Part shown: positions 1 to 10,074 of the stretch, piece after piece
How positions within the stretch are numbered: position 1 is the first letter of the stretch
Layout: each line of letters begins with the position of its first letter
DNA from: a virus
Taxonomy: Duplodnaviria; Caudoviricetes
DNA: 64,000 nucleotides
Reading direction: 5' to 3' (one strand)
Virus record (IMG/VR): IMGVR_UViG_3300017788_000020
Coordinates: 565-64,564 of that record
Position numbers and translations under genes: made by a program
Notes under the pieces: generated by a model
The model's database searches: none
What the model was told of the DNA's origin: nothing
Seen by the model: only the letters and a program-made list of their open reading frames with translations

Positions 1-692
1 ATGAACGGATAGTCGCCACTCCTGACTCTGTCCCAGAACTCTGGCAGATGCAAGCACGCAGTATCACACGTTGTCAACACGGGGCAACGACGAAGCATCG
101 CAATATGACGAGCCAAATGTGTTTTACCTGTTCCAGCCGGTCCAACCAAGAACAGGAGAGCTTCTTCGATGTCATCTCCTTGTACATAGTCGTCGATCCA
201 AGACAGATCCATCAAGCTGCCGTCTTTTTCACGGAAGAAATTTGGGTTGAACGTAGTGAAATCATCCTCGGTGAGCGTCACTCTGCTCGTTTGCAGACCG
301 GTACGCCCCACGGAAGCTATGGTTAGCTCTGTGTGCGGATTTTGGTCGTCGACAGGCAGCCTCAGCGCCGTATCCAGTTCGGTACGCACTTTCTGAAAGA
401 AGTACGGATCTTCTCTCCCGTGAAATACGGATACCCGGTTCACAATCAGACACACCGCTATCAAGCGGTTACTTGCGGCGTGGTGCCATATTTTTGTTAC
501 AGGCGAATGCTCTGCCTGCCAGTCAGCGCAAAAGCTTTCGAGTGTGTTTACGATAGCTTCTTCGGTTTTCTCGATGTAATCCCATGCCGTAAAGTACGGG
601 TAGCGCTCAGGATCGATTATGCCTACAATAAGGCTATCGCCTTGGTCTCTGTCTAACGCGCTAATAACGTATTTTGTCTGTCGTTCGCTCAT
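1..692 (-). CDS. AAA+/P-loop ATPase (3' end runs off the window; absent from the ORF track)
   Basis: Hand-translated open frame from ATG at 692 (MSERQTKYVISALD...) with Walker A LLFLVGPAGTGKTHLARHIA near 120-150; start overlaps the stop of the upstream gene. Confidence 0.8.
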   Translation of the reverse strand, partial: MSERQTKYVISALDRDQGDSLIVGIIDPERYPYFTAWDYIEKTEEAIVNTLESFCADWQAEHSPVTKIWHHAASNRLIAVCLIVNRVSVFHGREDPYFFQKVRTELDTALRLPVDDQNPHTELTIASVGRTGLQTSRVTLTEDDFTTFNPNFFREKDGSLMDLSWIDDYVQGDDIEEALLFLVGPAGTGKTHLARHIAMLRRCPVLTTCDTACLHLPEFWDRVRSGDYPF

Positions 693-1117
693 ACGTAGTT
701 GTCGATTGCGTCCGTGTGACGAATATTGTTAGAGTAAGTCTGTTCTGCGGCCGCTGCCACATATTTCGCCAGAGAGGCTCCCGTGCGCAGAACCCTGCTT
801 CGCAGTAGAGGGCGCTTCCGCCCAAGTAACGGAGCATGTCGTTGTGATATACCAAATGCGACAGCTTCTTCAGAAGCTAGACCGGGCCGTACACGCGTCT
901 TGGTCGATCTGATAGAACTTTTTCGGTAAAGCCCGGCTTGGCGATGAGTTAACGGCGGAAAGACGCCGAGAAGGTACGATCGCGTTGTGGTGCAGGCTCC
1001 TCTTTCTACAACAACGTCGCGATAAGAGTTACCTATCTTATTACTTCCCGGAGACTGCGAGCTAGCCCGCCTCGTTACAGGGTCTGCGTAGCGAAAGAAT
1101 AGATCGGGCATTGTCAT
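689..1117 (-). CDS. hypothetical protein
   Basis: ATGA-coupled to neighbours; C-terminus HTDAIDNYV resembles that of the adjacent ORF. Confidence 0.55.
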   Translation of the reverse strand: MTMPDLFFRYADPVTRRASSQSPGSNKIGNSYRDVVVERGACTTTRSYLLGVFPPLTHRQAGLYRKSSIRSTKTRVRPGLASEEAVAFGISQRHAPLLGRKRPLLRSRVLRTGASLAKYVAAAAEQTYSNNIRHTDAIDNYV

Positions 1118-1566
1118 ACGTAGTTATCTAGCGCATTTGTATGAAAAGAAATAAACGACTGCTGATCGCTTGGCGTGGGTACGTTCAACCGACATGCGCT
1201 ACGCGTACACCGCAGTGCCGGACGTAACCGCGTCCTAATCGCATCGGCGCCTTCTACGCCATAGACGTCGGGATCATGCCCAAAATTGGCTAGCCAGCTG
1301 CTGTACAGGATCCTAATTCGCGGAGCGTGGTAACGACACCGGGGTACAACGTATGCGTCGGCGACAGTGGTTTTGGCTGAGATCAAGGGTCCTGCGTCAA
1401 CTAGTATAGGGACTGCGTCATGCTCTGCGTCGACCCCGCGCGCTCCCATATACCTAATCCTACCTTGTATAGTGCCGCCGTTTGCTCTGTTGCAGCCACG
1501 TATTCCAGCAGGTGTGCGCCGCCGGTCCGTGTGATAATACATATTGTGGAAGCGCTTGTCTACCAT
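1114..1566 (-). CDS. hypothetical protein
   Basis: ATGA-coupled; C-terminus HTNALDNYV. Confidence 0.55.
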   Translation of the reverse strand: MVDKRFHNMYYHTDRRRTPAGIRGCNRANGGTIQGRIRYMGARGVDAEHDAVPILVDAGPLISAKTTVADAYVVPRCRYHAPRIRILYSSWLANFGHDPDVYGVEGADAIRTRLRPALRCTRSACRLNVPTPSDQQSFISFHTNALDNYV

Positions 1567-1574
1567 AGTGCTAC

Positions 1575-2075
1575 CTAACTGACTCTAGAAAAGTTTCTGC
1601 TTCTTAACATATCTATCGCTCGTTCAGCCGTACTGGCCGTCAACCCATCCCGGAGGGTTGTTCGAACGTGAAACTCTGCGAGACTACCGAATTCGCTTGG
1701 CGGCAGGTCATCTAGAATACATATCGAATCGATTATATCGGATTGCTCCTTTAACCACTTATCGATAGCATCGCCTCGCGTAGCACGCTTAGTCGAGTGC
1801 GCCGCCTCGTCTAAAAGCGAGGTGCTGCTGTGCATTGACAAGTCCCACATACTGAGGGCTACCAACAGCAAGTGTCCGTGCGTACCGGGTTTCCAGCCGT
1901 TGACACGCCACGTAGAGCTGACAACAATTCGCGCACCAGTCGCGTGCACGATATCTTTAAGTAGCCCTAGACAATGTCTGTCTAGAGCAAACGTCGGAAG
2001 GTTGTGTCGAGCGGCCCGACCCAGTGCCCGGTCGTTGTTCAAGACACCATCAACGTCTAAGAACAAAATCTTCAT
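1575..2075 (-). CDS. HAD-superfamily phosphatase (Swiss-army-knife RNA-repair-type HAD)
   Basis: KILFLDVDGVLN motif I, IVVSSTWR motif II, ICILDD motif IV. Confidence 0.85.
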   Translation of the reverse strand: MKILFLDVDGVLNNDRALGRAARHNLPTFALDRHCLGLLKDIVHATGARIVVSSTWRVNGWKPGTHGHLLLVALSMWDLSMHSSTSLLDEAAHSTKRATRGDAIDKWLKEQSDIIDSICILDDLPPSEFGSLAEFHVRTTLRDGLTASTAERAIDMLRSRNFSRVS

Positions 2076-2079
2076 ACAT

Positions 2080-2089
2080 ATCTTATGAC
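2080..2089 (-). promoter_or_regulatory. putative phage early promoter (GTCATAAGAT variant), probably leaderless mRNA
   Basis: Variant of the motif recurring upstream of every - strand island; 4 nt from the ATG at 2075. Confidence 0.55.
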
Positions 2090-2126
2090 ATATAAAGATA
2101 CGAATTTGGCGTAAAGGGTATCAAGT

Positions 2127-2132
2127 TATACT
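2127..2132 (+). promoter_or_regulatory. putative late -10 element TATACT
   Basis: 5 nt before ATG 2138; similar boxes precede other + operons. Confidence 0.45.
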
Positions 2133-2137
2133 TCTAT

Positions 2138-2695
2138 ATGAGGCCTTATACAATGACCGAACTTCGTGCACTAGTCAGCATAGACGGGTACACACGTCTA
2201 GCAGAGCTGAAAGACGACGATACGCTCGCCCGCGTCGTCAACCACGCGGATTTTACTGCAAACAACACCGTTGTGGTTAAAAACAACGCAGGCGCCATAA
2301 CGGCTGTATCGTTGGCGAGTACCACCGTCTTAGCTAATATAGGCGCCGGACTGGCGGCTGTACCGCTAGCGGACCTTAAGACGGCTTTACAAGTACCTGC
2401 GCGGACTGTCGACGCAGTGAGAACCGGTGCGGTAACCGCGGCACCTAATACGATACATCCAATAGATGTGCGAGCGGTAGCCGCCACTATAAATCCGCCA
2501 GAGGTCCCGACGGCCGATATGTGGTTCACAGTCGTCGATGCGTACGCTTCCGCCGCGCTGCATAACATAACAATCGCCTTTGATGACGCAAACCAGCTGT
2601 ACTACGGTGCCGCAGGTAACGCGGTGATTACCTCAAATGGCTCGGTTAAAACATTCACCTATATAAACGGGACTATTGGTTGGGTAGTTCAGTGA
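2138..2695 (+). CDS. virion/tail fibre-associated protein
   Basis: N-terminal ~70 aa paralogous to 13352..14926 (VNHADFT..V.VK.N.GA / NIGAG); C-terminal T4-fibre-like repeat ending FTYINGTIGWVV. Confidence 0.65.
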   Translation: MRPYTMTELRALVSIDGYTRLAELKDDDTLARVVNHADFTANNTVVVKNNAGAITAVSLASTTVLANIGAGLAAVPLADLKTALQVPARTVDAVRTGAVTAAPNTIHPIDVRAVAATINPPEVPTADMWFTVVDAYASAALHNITIAFDDANQLYYGAAGNAVITSNGSVKTFTYINGTIGWVVQ

Positions 2696-2699
2696 GTAA

Positions 2700-5600
2700 A
2701 TGACCAATTCTGAGCATCCTAGATATGCTGGCGACGTCATTTTTCTAAAAAATGGGGTCGCCATTATTGCTAATCAGGCGATCAATAGAGAGAAGATTGA
2801 TCGTGCCAGCGTATTTTCAGCACTATTTACGCCGAAAGTTGTAACAAACGACCTGCTACAGGATGCATCGGTCGACAGTAGGGTAATAAAAGCCAATTCT
2901 GTGGCGTTCACGCGCCTCCAAACCGTTGCAGAAGGCACTTTTTTAGGGAGATTACCCAGCACAGGTACCGGTGATCTGGTTCCGATACCTATTGAAGCCG
3001 TAAAAACATCACTAAATTACGTATCAAACCAGATATTGTTCGATACGTCATCCGCAGACCTTGCAACAAACAGTATTTACGCAGTAATTTCCGCATTAGA
3101 TGCGCGTATAGACGGTATCGAAGCGACGGGAATCGACCTGACAGCCGATTATAATTGGACAGGTCTGCATACTTTTACAAAAAATGTGGCAATAAATGCC
3201 GCGTTGACTACGACAGGTACCGTAAATGGTCGAAATTTGGCCACAGACGGAAGCAAATTGGACGGAATTGAGCCGAGCGCGACCGCGGACATGTCTGCGG
3301 CTGAGATTTTAGCGGCTTTATTGACTGTAGATGGCGTAACGAGCGGGTTAGACAGCCAGTACTTAGCAGGGCAAGCGGCGTCACACTACCTAGACTGGGC
3401 GAATACCACAAATAAGCCTGATTTATCAATCACTGTTAACTTAACAGGCGCTGTTTCAGGGTCTGGCTCGCACACTTTTACGGATTTGGCTGCCGGTTCG
3501 TTAGATATAGTAACAACACTCAACAACACCGGCGAACTACTTGACCCGATAGTACTGGGCGCGTTACTAGTTCGCGCAGCGGCCACGCAAGACGGCGTAC
3601 GCCTTCAAGGCCGCGCCGGCGGATCGAGTAGCTACAACGTCACGTTGACGCCGACGACGTTGTCAGCTAGCCACACATTGACACTGCCGAACCAGTCAGG
3701 CACAGTTGCTGTACTCACAGATATTCCAACGCAGACTCGTCTACGAGGCACTACAGGCGGTACGTATACTGGCGGGGATCTGACACTGTTAGCCGGTACT
3801 GGAATATCTGTATCACAGAGCACGACGGATTACACCATCGGTAACACCGGGGTGACTCAACTTACCGGTACAACGAACCGCATAACAGTATCAGCAAGTA
3901 CTGGCTCAATAACGCTAAACACGCCGCAAGATATGCATACCGGCGCGTCGCCGACATTTGCTGGTGCAACATTCAGCGGTGACGTAGCGTTGGGTGGTAA
4001 CAAGATCACAGGTCTAGGTACGCCCACAGCAAGTACAGATGCCGCAACCAAAGGTTATGTGGACGCGGCGGTATCGGGCCTCGAGCCACACCCCGCATGC
4101 GCCGCAGCTACAACAGGGACCTTAGCCAGTATAACAGGCGGCTCTGTAACATATGACAACGGGGCTTCTGGCGTAGGCGCTACCCTCACGTTAGGCGTTG
4201 CTTTGACTACCCTCGACGGGTTCGCGTTAACAAACGGCGACCGTATTCTCGTCAAAAACGAAGCCACCGCAGCAAACAACGGTATCTATGTTAGGACAAG
4301 TAGCACAGTCCTTACACGCGCAACAGACTTTGACGCACCGTCCGAAATCGTTGGTGGCGACTACACGTTCGTCACAAACGGTACGCTCTACAACAGCACC
4401 GGTTGGGTAAACACAGACAACGTTGTCACAGTCGGCACAACAGCTGTGACCTGGGTACAGTTCTCAGGCGCTGGTACATATACCGCAGGCGCAGGCCTAA
4501 CGCTGACGGGCTCCCAGTTTGCGCACGCAGACACATCAAGCGTCAGTAACGTCAATAGTGATAACAGCGGTAACACAGTTATTCAAGATATTGCGCTCAC
4601 TTTCGACACATATGGACACGTAACGGCAGCGACAGTGGCGACCGCGACTATTGTTGTCAACAACGGCATACTGTCGGCGTCGGCAGGTACAGCGGGCGCG
4701 ACAAACACCACAGTTGCTTTAAACTTTAGCGGCGCATATAGTGCCAACGAATCAGCAGACCGCACAATCAACCCGGTTGTGGGACCAGCTTTAACAGCTC
4801 TGGCGTCCACAATGACTGGCGCAGGTACAGGCTTCTTGCGCAAAAACGGCGCGGATACTTACTCGTTAGATACAAACACGTACTTAACAAGCGCTGGCGC
4901 GGTCACATCATTCAGCGCAGGTACAACAGGCCTTACTCCGTCTACAGGTACGGTAGGCGCAATCACGTTAGCGGGTACTTTGAACATCGCTAACGGTGGT
5001 ACAGGTGCAACAACTGCAAGCGCTGCGCGGACAGCGTTGGGCGCAACGACGGTTGGCGCTAATATATTTACGCTGACTAACCCGAGCGCTATTACGTTTT
5101 TACGTATAAACGCAGACAACTCGGTGACGGCGCGTGCGGCGGCAGATTTCCGCGGTGATATAGGCGCTGGTACTGTCACATCTGTAGCCTCAGGTACAGG
5201 CTTAACCGGCGGTCCTATAACAAGTACAGGGACATTAGCGCTTACAGGCCAAGCGCTTGCTCTGCATAACTTAGCCTCGAACGGCCTCATCGTACGGACA
5301 GGCTCGGATACGGTTGCTGCGCGTACGTTGACCGCCGGTACAGCCATCTCTATCACAAACGGCGATGGTGTGGCAGGTAACCCGACGATCGACTGCACAT
5401 TCACAGAAACGGATACGCTGGCGGCCGTAACAGGTCGCGGCGCGAACACGACAACAACTATAGGTCTTCACAACGGAGCAGGCCTCGCACTTGCGGCGGA
5501 CACATCAACTGATACTCTGACAAACGCAATAGCGGCCAGTTTGTCGACTATATCGCTCACGTCAGTTGACACATGGGCTATAGCAACATATCGGGCATGT

Positions 5601-5828
5601 AAGTATCTTGTACAAATAACGCAGTCGACAAACTACCAAGTGTCGGAAATACTCGTTATACACAACGGTACCACTACAACGATGACCGAGTACGCTGTAT
5701 TAGAGACTAACGGTCCGTTGTGTACTTTCACATCTGATATCAACGGCGGTAACGTTCGCCTTTTAGCTACTATGGGTTCAGCGTCTGCGGCTACAATAAG
5801 AATACACAAGACCGTTATCGCGGTCTGA
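2700..5828 (+). CDS. long tail fibre protein
   Basis: 1042 aa, T/G/A-rich; motifs DGSKLDGIE, ITGLGTPTASTDAATKGYVD, GDRILVKNE..NGIY, IANGGTGATTASAARTALG. Confidence 0.85.
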   Translation: MTNSEHPRYAGDVIFLKNGVAIIANQAINREKIDRASVFSALFTPKVVTNDLLQDASVDSRVIKANSVAFTRLQTVAEGTFLGRLPSTGTGDLVPIPIEAVKTSLNYVSNQILFDTSSADLATNSIYAVISALDARIDGIEATGIDLTADYNWTGLHTFTKNVAINAALTTTGTVNGRNLATDGSKLDGIEPSATADMSAAEILAALLTVDGVTSGLDSQYLAGQAASHYLDWANTTNKPDLSITVNLTGAVSGSGSHTFTDLAAGSLDIVTTLNNTGELLDPIVLGALLVRAAATQDGVRLQGRAGGSSSYNVTLTPTTLSASHTLTLPNQSGTVAVLTDIPTQTRLRGTTGGTYTGGDLTLLAGTGISVSQSTTDYTIGNTGVTQLTGTTNRITVSASTGSITLNTPQDMHTGASPTFAGATFSGDVALGGNKITGLGTPTASTDAATKGYVDAAVSGLEPHPACAAATTGTLASITGGSVTYDNGASGVGATLTLGVALTTLDGFALTNGDRILVKNEATAANNGIYVRTSSTVLTRATDFDAPSEIVGGDYTFVTNGTLYNSTGWVNTDNVVTVGTTAVTWVQFSGAGTYTAGAGLTLTGSQFAHADTSSVSNVNSDNSGNTVIQDIALTFDTYGHVTAATVATATIVVNNGILSASAGTAGATNTTVALNFSGAYSANESADRTINPVVGPALTALASTMTGAGTGFLRKNGADTYSLDTNTYLTSAGAVTSFSAGTTGLTPSTGTVGAITLAGTLNIANGGTGATTASAARTALGATTVGANIFTLTNPSAITFLRINADNSVTARAAADFRGDIGAGTVTSVASGTGLTGGPITSTGTLALTGQALALHNLASNGLIVRTGSDTVAARTLTAGTAISITNGDGVAGNPTIDCTFTETDTLAAVTGRGANTTTTIGLHNGAGLALAADTSTDTLTNAIAASLSTISLTSVDTWAIATYRACKYLVQITQSTNYQVSEILVIHNGTTTTMTEYAVLETNGPLCTFTSDINGGNVRLLATMGSASAATIRIHKTVIAV

Positions 5829-5856
5829 TAGCAGGTTTCGTGGATAGGGAAGCGAA

Positions 5857-6432
5857 ATGGTAAATGAGTTTAAAGCCAAAAATGGCTTAATCACGCCTGT
5901 TGTACAAGCTACCGTCACAACAGGTACATCACCCCTCGTTGTCGCATCGACAACTGTGGTTTCTAATCTAAACTCCGATCTCTTGGACGGTTACCAAGGA
6001 TCGGATTTTCCGCGCAAGGCTGAAAATGCTACTGTGTCTGGTGCGTGGACTATCAACAACGACTTAGATATCAACGGCACACTGAAGGCCACAGCAAAGT
6101 CGTTCGTTATACAACATCCAACAAAAAAGAATAAACGCTTACAGCACGGAAGCTTGGAAGGACCGGAGCACGCAGTCTATGTACGCGGTCGCGGAGAGAC
6201 GGCCATCATCAAATTTCCCGCATATTGGAAAACGCTAGTCGATCCTGATACAATCACGGTACAGGTAACCCCGATAGGTATCGCCGACGACAACACGATT
6301 GCGGTGCATAGAATAAACAAAACAAGCGTGGTTCTGTCTTTTAGAATCACTCCGCGGCCTTATTTCTATTTCATCACCGCAGAACGTAGAGACATACCTC
6401 CGCTCGTTACGGAAATCCCCGCTAAAAAATAA
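5857..6432 (+). CDS. tail fibre tip/chaperone-like protein
   Basis: NLNSDLLDG fibre motif; C-terminal KSFVIQHP...LQHGSLEGPE...AERRD domain common at phage fibre ends. Confidence 0.7.
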   Translation: MVNEFKAKNGLITPVVQATVTTGTSPLVVASTTVVSNLNSDLLDGYQGSDFPRKAENATVSGAWTINNDLDINGTLKATAKSFVIQHPTKKNKRLQHGSLEGPEHAVYVRGRGETAIIKFPAYWKTLVDPDTITVQVTPIGIADDNTIAVHRINKTSVVLSFRITPRPYFYFITAERRDIPPLVTEIPAKK

Positions 6433-6456
6433 GGCCGCAGTGCTGCGGCCTTATTT
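6427..6456. terminator. bidirectional intrinsic terminator
   Basis: aaataaggccgcag-tg-ctgcggccttattt between convergent genes. Confidence 0.8.
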
Positions 6457-6457
6457 C

Positions 6458-6916
6458 TCAGGAACAGTTGACACCCACTAGTACATAATGTGGGTTCACG
6501 GGATGCTCCTCAGTCACAAAAGACCTGTTGAATCCGAGGAGACTACCTAACGTCATTTCGTCCGCAGAACCTCCCGGAATCTCCGCAATCAAAGACACCT
6601 CACGGTCAGCGAACAGTGTCCTAAATGCGACAGGAGCATCCGCTGTCTCCCAAACGACGCACGCGTGTCGTTTATGCACAAGACTAGGCGCGTTATGCAT
6701 GATACTTTCTTCTGTGTCCGCAAGCCGCTGCTCCAACTCGCGAATTTTTCCGCGCTGTCTATCATGGACCGTAGCGCCGTGCTTCACAGATAGGCGCAAC
6801 ACGGCCACTTCTTCACACGCATCGGAACAAAACCTCAATGGTACAGTGCTGCTGCGAATGGGTATGCCGCATGTATAGCAGCAGGTATTTCGCAAATGTT
6901 CTTTTTTTGTCATCAT
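6458..6916 (-). CDS. hypothetical protein with N-terminal Zn-binding motif
   Basis: CYTC...FCSDAC; GAGG RBS upstream. Confidence 0.65.
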   Translation of the reverse strand: MMTKKEHLRNTCCYTCGIPIRSSTVPLRFCSDACEEVAVLRLSVKHGATVHDRQRGKIRELEQRLADTEESIMHNAPSLVHKRHACVVWETADAPVAFRTLFADREVSLIAEIPGGSADEMTLGSLLGFNRSFVTEEHPVNPHYVLVGVNCS

Positions 6917-7003
6917 ACTACCTCATATGTCACTTGTTACTCGCCCATCGCCTAAAAAGTTACGCGGTATTTCGCTAGTCCATACACAATAAAAAAGCTC
7001 CAC

Positions 7004-7015
7004 AATACTTATGAC
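7004..7015 (-). promoter_or_regulatory. putative phage early promoter GTCATAAGTATT
   Basis: Exact 12-mer also at 12394-12405 and 39711-39722. Confidence 0.7.
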
Positions 7016-7042
7016 ACAAATATCGTAAGTTAGGCGTATAGG

Positions 7043-7048
7043 TACACT
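7043..7048 (+). promoter_or_regulatory. putative late -10 element TACACT
   Basis: 11 nt before ATG 7060, back-to-back with the early motif. Confidence 0.45.
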
Positions 7049-7059
7049 ATAAGTAGATT

Positions 7060-8889
7060 ATGGCTTTCGCGGATAAAAATATACTAATCACGCCAAATCG
7101 CGGCTCGACTACCGAGGTCCCGACAGTTGCGTTTGTCGGTGCCGACGTCTCAACAAACGTGACGATAGACGCGAAGATGTACCACACGAACATCCTCGAG
7201 TTTAGCGGATCGCCTGGCGTTTTGTTTAGTATATCAGCCGCCTCTAGCGGAACAATTACGCACCATGTAGCCGCCGTATTTAACAACACAATAACGAGCT
7301 CGTCAACAGTTCAAGGTACGCAATTCATATCGACTATCGCTACCGGCACCGCGCCACTCACAGTCTCGTCGACAACGGCTGTGACTAATTTAAACGCAGA
7401 TTTACTTGACGGACAGCATGGGACACATTACCTAGCTTTCGCCAACTTCACCGGATCCGCTTCAACGGCCCAGATCACCGACAACGCGGTGGACAACACA
7501 AAACTTCGCGATTCTGCGGCATTATCCGTCATCGGTCGCTCAGCCAACTCGTCAGGAGACCCCGCGGATATCGCAGCAGCCTCGGACGGGCACGTACTGC
7601 GGAGATCCGGCACCACACTTGGTTTTGGGCAAGTAGTTACGGCCGGTATTGCAGACCTTGCCGTAACACGTGCAAAGATTGAGGATGAGGCCGTAGGTAC
7701 GGATCAGATCGAGAATGAGGCCGTTACTACGGACAAGATCGCCGATAACGCGGTCACAGGAGCTAAGTTTGCCAATTACTCCATCACATCGAATAAATTA
7801 TCAGACGCCGCTGTAAATTCGGATAAAGTCGATCTATCTGACACATACACCTGGAGCGGTCCGCACACTTACTTTAGCTCTGTAAAGTTCAACAACACCG
7901 TCGATATTTCAGGCGTGACTACGTTTAATAACGCCAGCGTGAAGCTCGGTGCTGCGGTGACGGTTACGACAGACAACGGTAGCGGGTGGTGGTTCAACCT
8001 CTATTCAGGTATTAAGTTTACTGGATTATTGCTGTTCCCTGCCGTACCGAGCGTCACAATAACAGCTAACGATGGAGCAGGTAACGTATCGACGCTGGCG
8101 CTTTCCGCCGCCGGAATGAATATGACGTTCAGCGGAACCGCGGATTGGGCACTCAACAGCGTAGTAGGTAAGCTTAACGAAGTACTTGTTGCCCAAGGCA
8201 ACGACACGCCGCCTAAATTTGTACATTTGTGCCCGCCAATACGATATGCATGGACGGACTTCTATTCGCCCAACGCCTCACAGACGCAGGACCCATACTT
8301 CGGCACAGCACTAGTCAGCGGCACGCAATCCGCGTCGCCCGGCGCAACCTTCTTGATCGCAGGCGTTGCCGGTCTGAGCCTTTTACGTAGCTCAACGAAC
8401 GCAAACTCCGGTTTCCGTTGGATCACGGAGAACATCGACCGCATAGCCGGCCAGGCCGATCTCTATTTCCGTGCTATTTTAGCCATCTCGGATGATATGA
8501 CAGCCAAAACCGTACGATTCGGTTTTGGTGATATGGTCAACCAGAACGACGCGGTAGACGGTACGTACTTTGAGCTAGTGGCCGGCTCGCTCGTGTGCAC
8601 ACCGAAAACAGCCAGCAACTCGGCACGTTCAAGTGGGTCGACATTCACGCTAACAGTAAATACCTTTTATGTTTTCGAGGTATATTGGACATCAACGAGC
8701 AGCATCAACTTCACGATAAAATCGCTTGACGAGGCCACGGTACATCTCGACACTAATATTACGACAAACATTCCAACAGGTACTGCGCGCGTTTTCGGTG
8801 CAGGCCTTGTCGCAACGTCGTCGGATACGGCTGCCGATGATTTGCTAGTCGTGGATTATATGGGACACGGCTTCAGGAACAGACGATAA
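7060..8889 (+). CDS. tail fibre protein
   Basis: GTAPLTVSSTTAVTNLNADLLDG; repeated (K/Q)I.D.AVT fibre repeats; beta-rich C-terminal domain. Confidence 0.8.
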   Translation: MAFADKNILITPNRGSTTEVPTVAFVGADVSTNVTIDAKMYHTNILEFSGSPGVLFSISAASSGTITHHVAAVFNNTITSSSTVQGTQFISTIATGTAPLTVSSTTAVTNLNADLLDGQHGTHYLAFANFTGSASTAQITDNAVDNTKLRDSAALSVIGRSANSSGDPADIAAASDGHVLRRSGTTLGFGQVVTAGIADLAVTRAKIEDEAVGTDQIENEAVTTDKIADNAVTGAKFANYSITSNKLSDAAVNSDKVDLSDTYTWSGPHTYFSSVKFNNTVDISGVTTFNNASVKLGAAVTVTTDNGSGWWFNLYSGIKFTGLLLFPAVPSVTITANDGAGNVSTLALSAAGMNMTFSGTADWALNSVVGKLNEVLVAQGNDTPPKFVHLCPPIRYAWTDFYSPNASQTQDPYFGTALVSGTQSASPGATFLIAGVAGLSLLRSSTNANSGFRWITENIDRIAGQADLYFRAILAISDDMTAKTVRFGFGDMVNQNDAVDGTYFELVAGSLVCTPKTASNSARSSGSTFTLTVNTFYVFEVYWTSTSSINFTIKSLDEATVHLDTNITTNIPTGTARVFGAGLVATSSDTAADDLLVVDYMGHGFRNRR

Positions 8890-9839
8890 TGGCTAACACA
8901 ATTTTTAAAGACCTGACGACTAAAGCAGCACAACTTGTGTCAACGGACAGAGTCGTATCTATATGGTTAGGCGATTCAATTATCGCAGGGACTTCGATGG
9001 CGCCGACATCGACGATCATTGATCCAGGAAGTATATATCCTGCGACACTGACGCGCGGGCAGTTTTGGGATAAATGGGTACACGCTGATAGGCTTGTTTT
9101 ATCCGACGGTTCGTTTAGCTGGGATGACGTGACGACCACAAGCGGCGGTATCACAAGCGGTGTCGGCTATACGCCACCATTCTATGGACACTCGCTATAT
9201 CTCGGAGGCTCCGGTACCGCAGACTTTACCGCCAACATCAACCACGTAAACGCGGTAAAACACTACACAGTAGTGCTTGGTATAAGCGCGTCCAGCATTA
9301 ACGACGATTTGTCGGTTGTCACAAACCCATTGGCGCACTGGGAACCTTCTGTAGATAACGGAGCTTTTGAGCTACTTACCGAAAATTACATACAACCCGC
9401 ACTATCAAACCTACGTGCTGGTGGGACTAATACGCTGTATCTAGAAGGAATCTATTTACACATAGGTAATGATGCGTACAACGGCGCAACATACTTCCCG
9501 ATCGAGATAGCGCAAAAATACGATATCTATTTACGTAGACTAATATTCGCGCTAGAGCAGTTCCTCGAATTCTCCGGTATTCCTGTTTGTATATTACAGA
9601 CGCCGCAGCTACCTTCCGATTATGCGCATGCAGGCACTATTCGTGCCGCCCAAGCGCGCGTAGCGGCTGCACGGCCTAGAACAATCCTGGTCAACCCAAA
9701 CCAGTTTCCACAAGGCACGGACCACGTACACTTTAACGCCATGGGTAACATAAAGTACGGTTACGAGGCGGCACAGGCAGTACGCGCAGCGTTCCCAAAC
9801 CAGTTCGCACAACTAGCTGCGAAAGCCGATCACTGGTAA
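8889..9839 (+). CDS. SGNH/sialate O-acetylesterase-like protein
   Basis: WLGDS nucleophile motif, HIGND, DHVHF (DxxH). Confidence 0.7.
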   Translation: MANTIFKDLTTKAAQLVSTDRVVSIWLGDSIIAGTSMAPTSTIIDPGSIYPATLTRGQFWDKWVHADRLVLSDGSFSWDDVTTTSGGITSGVGYTPPFYGHSLYLGGSGTADFTANINHVNAVKHYTVVLGISASSINDDLSVVTNPLAHWEPSVDNGAFELLTENYIQPALSNLRAGGTNTLYLEGIYLHIGNDAYNGATYFPIEIAQKYDIYLRRLIFALEQFLEFSGIPVCILQTPQLPSDYAHAGTIRAAQARVAAARPRTILVNPNQFPQGTDHVHFNAMGNIKYGYEAAQAVRAAFPNQFAQLAAKADHW

Positions 9840-9855
9840 TATTTAACTAAAAGAG

Positions 9856-9877
9856 AAGCAGGCGCAGGCGCCTGCTT
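9856..9877. terminator. terminator-like hairpin
   Basis: aagcaggcg-cagg-cgcctgctt downstream of the esterase gene. Confidence 0.55.
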
Positions 9878-9938
9878 ATAGCTACATCTTTATGTTATGA
9901 ACCTCTTCCGCATCATTGGAAAGAGGTTCATACGTTTC

Positions 9939-10074
9939 GAAGACTTATAATGTGTGATACGCCCGTCAATACCCAGACTCTTAGCTAACAGCAGTACTTC
10001 ATGAGCTAACATGAAGTACTGCTGTTAGCTAAGAGTCTGGGTATTGACGGGCGTATCACACATTATAAGTCTTC
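9939..10074. repeat. perfect 65-bp inverted repeat (6-nt loop) copied from RNAP intein 1 (55173-55249)
   Basis: Arms 9939-10003 and 10010-10074 are exact reverse complements; one mismatch to the intein sequence. Confidence 0.95.

Noticed and set aside
48-656. + strand ORFs 48..326 and 333..656
   Set aside because: They overlap the - strand AAA ATPase frame, which has a clear Walker A
9939-10074. CRISPR mini-array with a self-targeting spacer
   Set aside because: No flanking direct repeats; no repeat-spacer array or cas gene seen in the window
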